Positions 60,824 through 64,000 of a DNA stretch of 64,000 bases are shown piece by piece. The position numbers and the translations under genes were made by a program. Position 1 is the stretch's first letter. Each line of letters opens with the position of its first letter. The stretch comes from Pseudomonadota bacterium (lineage in GTDB: Bacteria > Pseudomonadota > Gammaproteobacteria > Xanthomonadales > Rhodanobacteraceae). Below the pieces are notes generated by a model. It searched no databases and was not told the origin of the DNA. It was given only the letters and a program-made list of their open reading frames with translations. The stretch covers positions 23,331 through 87,330 of the forward strand of contig JAKAEJ010000003.1 in assembly GCA_021818335.1 (NCBI GenBank), read 5' to 3'.

Positions 60824-61678
60824 ATGAGCGAAATGTGGTTCACCGAGCAGCATGCCCCCAGCGGGTCCTCAGTCGGCTTTCGCGTGCGGGCCAAGCTCCA
60901 TGAGGAAACAACACCCTTTCAAACGATCGCCATCTACGACAGCACGGACTGGGGCCGTTTAATGGTGATTGACGGTTGCATGATGGTGACCTCACGCGAC
61001 AATTTCCTCTACCACGAAATGATGGTGCATCCTGCGCTCTATACCCACGGCGCGCCTCGTCGCGTTGTTGTCATCGGCGGCGGTGACTGCGGCACGTTGC
61101 GCGAGGTACTTCGGCACGCGGAGGTCGCGCGTGCTGTTCAGGTGGAAATCGACGAGCGCGTCACCCGCCTGGCTGAAATCCATTTTCCGGAACTCTGCGA
61201 GGCCAATGCAGATGCGCGTGCCGAATTGCGCTTTGACGACGGTGTCCGCTATATCGCCGAGATGGTCCCGGGATCGGCTGACGTCATCATTGTCGACTCG
61301 ACGGATCCAGTCGGCCCGGCGGAAGGCCTGTTCAACGAGGCCTTTTACCGGAGTTGCCACCGGGCATTGGGCGAGGGAGGCCTTCTTGTTCAGCAGTCGG
61401 AGTCACCCATCGCCCACCTGGAGCTGATCCGGGCCATGCGCACAGCCATGCGCAAGGCCGGGTTCCGTGCGATGGCCACGTTGCCGTTTCCGCAGCCCTG
61501 CTATCCCACGGGCTGGTGGAGCTGCACCATGGCCCGCAAAGGGCCGAACCCGTTGGATGTGTTTCGGGCGGCAGATGCAGATGCGAGGACGTTTCCGACA
61601 CGCTACTACAACAGTGGCGTGCATCGCGCAGCGCTGTGCCCACCCGAGTTTCTGCGCGTCGCGCTCTCGGAAAGCTGA
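60824..61678 (+). CDS. speE: Spermidine synthase (polyamine aminopropyltransferase)
   Basis: WFTE, DG.MM, YHEM, IGGGD.G.LREV, VEID, DVIIVDSTDPVGPA. Confidence 0.96.
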   Translation: MSEMWFTEQHAPSGSSVGFRVRAKLHEETTPFQTIAIYDSTDWGRLMVIDGCMMVTSRDNFLYHEMMVHPALYTHGAPRRVVVIGGGDCGTLREVLRHAEVARAVQVEIDERVTRLAEIHFPELCEANADARAELRFDDGVRYIAEMVPGSADVIIVDSTDPVGPAEGLFNEAFYRSCHRALGEGGLLVQQSESPIAHLELIRAMRTAMRKAGFRAMATLPFPQPCYPTGWWSCTMARKGPNPLDVFRAADADARTFPTRYYNSGVHRAALCPPEFLRVALSES

Positions 61679-61687
61679 GGAGTTGCC

Positions 61688-62605
61688 GTGCAGCCGGCAG
61701 CCTCAACCTTTGCGTTTCTGCTGCTGCTCATCCTCATCGGCCGCGTGATGGCCTGGCGGAACCTGTTGCCAGAGCGAGCTGCAGACACGCTCAATCTGGT
61801 GGTCTTGTACGTCAATTTGCCGGCGACGGTCCTGCTTTATGCCTCGCGGCTGGAGCCCAGTCGATCGCTGCTGTCGGTGGCGTCATTGCCTTGGCTTCAG
61901 CTGGTGGTCGCGGCCATGCTGGTGCTCGGGCTATCGCGCGCCTTCCGCTGGCCTCGCGCGGTGGAGGGTGCGCTGTTGCTGACGGTTCCGCTTGGCAACA
62001 CATCCTACTTGGGCTATCCACTGACCCGGGCACTGCTCGGCGATCCCGCACTGCCTTTTGCGGTCGCCTATGACCAGTTCGGGTCGTTCCTGATTCTCTC
62101 CACGTATGGCGTTGTCATCATTGCGCTCTATGGCCATGGCGTTCATCCGCGGCCGTGGCATATCCTCCGGCGCGTCCTGACGTTTCCAGCCTTTCTTGCG
62201 CTGCTCGTGGCCTTGGCAATCGCCCCTGTGCAACTGCCCCGCGACCTGACGGCGATGCTGCAGCCGCTTGCTACAGCGTTGCTGCCCATGGTTGCCCTGG
62301 CAATCGGCCTGCAACTCAGGCTAAGAATCGATCGGGCCCAGGTGCCGGCGCTCGGCGCAGGCCTTGCGCTCAAGCTCTTGGCGCTGCCGGCATTAGCCCT
62401 TCTACTCATGCCGTTGCTTGGCCTTCATGGGCCAGCCGCGCATGCGGCACTGCTGGAATCGGCGATGGCACCCATGATCACGGCCGCAGCCCTCGCCTCG
62501 ATGGCCGGTTTGGCACCGCGGTTGGCTGCGGCCATGGTGGGGTATGGCGTCGTGTTACTGGCGCCATTGTTGCTCGTCCTGACCGGCCTGGGCCTGCTCA
62601 GATGA
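61688..62605 (+). CDS. AEC (auxin efflux carrier) family transporter
   Basis: LN..V.Y..LPA, GNTSYLGYP, YDQFG, LESAMAP, about 10 TM segments. Confidence 0.88.
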   Translation: MQPAASTFAFLLLLILIGRVMAWRNLLPERAADTLNLVVLYVNLPATVLLYASRLEPSRSLLSVASLPWLQLVVAAMLVLGLSRAFRWPRAVEGALLLTVPLGNTSYLGYPLTRALLGDPALPFAVAYDQFGSFLILSTYGVVIIALYGHGVHPRPWHILRRVLTFPAFLALLVALAIAPVQLPRDLTAMLQPLATALLPMVALAIGLQLRLRIDRAQVPALGAGLALKLLALPALALLLMPLLGLHGPAAHAALLESAMAPMITAAALASMAGLAPRLAAAMVGYGVVLLAPLLLVLTGLGLLR

Positions 62606-62691
62606 GCCAGGCGACATTGTGGGGTGGCGACGCGGCGTTCAGTCGGAAGCGGCACAATGGGCCATCAGTCCCTCACTTGGCGAGCACTCCC

Positions 62692-63720
62692 ATGGATCGA
62701 ATCCCGAGGCGGTTATGGACATTGGGCATCCTCGCCGCCTTGCTAGCGGCCGGCACCGCCGTCGCGGAAACCGGCGCGGCGCCTCATTCCGTGGGTGCGC
62801 CCCCCGCGTCGCGGTCGGTATTGGCGCAGTTCGAGCATGATGTCCTCAGCATCACGGCACTGCGGGGCGAGCCCGATCGGCTAGCCGGCGCCGCGGTGTT
62901 GGCACGAGCCGTTTCCGATCTGCCTCCGGTGCTCACATACAAGGCCTTTCTGGCCCGCGCGCAGTCGCTCCCCGATGCTGGCGCAGCGGTTCAGTGGGTG
63001 GCTTTGGGTAACTGCGGGAATGTCGGACCTGAACCCGAAGATTGCATCAACACGGCGGCGCTGCGGAAGCTGCAGCGGCTTGCGCCGGACAATGCGGCCG
63101 TGTGGTTGTTGGCGTTCGACCGCGCGCGACAGCGCGGCGACGGAGCGGCTGCACGGATTGCCCTGGCTCGCGCCGCCAAAGGCACCGAGTTCAGCACGTA
63201 CTACGGGATTCTGCTTCGATCCGTGTTGCAGACTGCGCGCGCGCTGCCCATGCCGCCTGCACTTGCGCAGGAACTTGGGGGTTCCCCGGGGAACGCCTAT
63301 GCCGCCACGTACCTGCTGGCCGCAGGCAATGTGATGTACCTGCCGACGCCAGCGCTGACACCCGTGTTTGATGAATGCAAGGATCCCGGGCAAGACGCCA
63401 CGCTGCGGCAGCAATGCACGCAGGTCGCCCATCTGATGGCATGGGGCGACACGATCATCGCGCGTGCAGCTGGATTGGCGCTGCAGGAGCGTCTGGCGAC
63501 GCATCAGGCTGCGCGCCAGGGTTATGCGGCGGCGCGCCGCGCGCTGGCGTGGCAGACGCACCAGTTTGCCGTGCAAGTCTTGCGGTCGCGACACGATCCC
63601 GCGTTGGCCGCGAAGCTCGTGCAACTGGTGCTTGAGGGGGGGACGGAGAACTCCATCCAGATCGCTCTGTTGCGCGAAACAGGCGTTCCGACGACGCCCC
63701 CGCCGAACTGGAAAGGCTGA
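62692..63720 (+). CDS. Exported Ala-rich hypothetical protein
   Basis: Signal peptide at MDRIPRRLW..., two Cys pairs, L..LAPDNAAVWL, C-terminal PPPNWKG. Confidence 0.7.
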   Translation: MDRIPRRLWTLGILAALLAAGTAVAETGAAPHSVGAPPASRSVLAQFEHDVLSITALRGEPDRLAGAAVLARAVSDLPPVLTYKAFLARAQSLPDAGAAVQWVALGNCGNVGPEPEDCINTAALRKLQRLAPDNAAVWLLAFDRARQRGDGAAARIALARAAKGTEFSTYYGILLRSVLQTARALPMPPALAQELGGSPGNAYAATYLLAAGNVMYLPTPALTPVFDECKDPGQDATLRQQCTQVAHLMAWGDTIIARAAGLALQERLATHQAARQGYAAARRALAWQTHQFAVQVLRSRHDPALAAKLVQLVLEGGTENSIQIALLRETGVPTTPPPNWKG

Positions 63721-64000
63721 TGGCTGCCATCCCGCTGTCTCGGTGATCGGGCGCGAGGGTTGAGCGACGAGGCGCGTGGCTTCTGGCAGGAGCGCGGCAA
63801 TGCCGTGCGACGGGAGTCGACGGCACCGCCGTGCCCTGACCAGTCCTGGCTGCCCGTCCGGCGATCCGCGCAGCGGAGCCCTGCAAAGGAGGGCTACCTA
63901 TCCCGCTCTATCCCGATCCCGCGTTAGCGCCCGCATTCAGCATTCAGGAAGCGGGCTGGCATGCGGGCGCTGACCGCTCAATTCGATTCCTTGAGAGCGA

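Overview
High-GC chromosomal window spanning the replication origin of a gammaproteobacterium. The order dnaA-dnaN-recF-gyrB-TPR-tonB-exbB-exbD-exbD-pdxJ, oriC between dnaA and dnaN, and a xanthomonadin-type gene block point to Xanthomonadales, probably Rhodanobacteraceae-like (inference). Most of the window is core or housekeeping: mnmE, yidC, rnpA, rpmH, acs, pepN, mnmG, ubiB, ubiJ, trmL, arfB, sua5, speA, speE. Accessory parts are a defence-like pair (DUF2075-type helicase C-terminus plus EVE/PUA-like-HNH nuclease) just past the mnmE 3' end, a reduced aryl-polyene/xanthomonadin cluster with a TonB-dependent receptor, an RLAN/ATP-grasp plus GNAT pair, and a secreted tricorn protease. The most unusual signals are non-coding. 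(i) The ~660 bp gap upstream of mnmG holds three co-oriented sigma54 (-24/-12) promoter motifs, followed in turn by a GGA-rich terminated ~105 nt RNA, a GGA-rich hairpin RNA and a 62-aa microprotein. (ii) A consensus sigmaE promoter and an intrinsic terminator delimit an ~80 nt candidate sRNA upstream of pdxJ. (iii) There are FNR boxes before two poorly characterised genes, two perfect parS sites inside recF, and a structured speA leader. All calls come from reading motifs by eye; no database search was run, and start codons were hand-adjusted from the ORF track.
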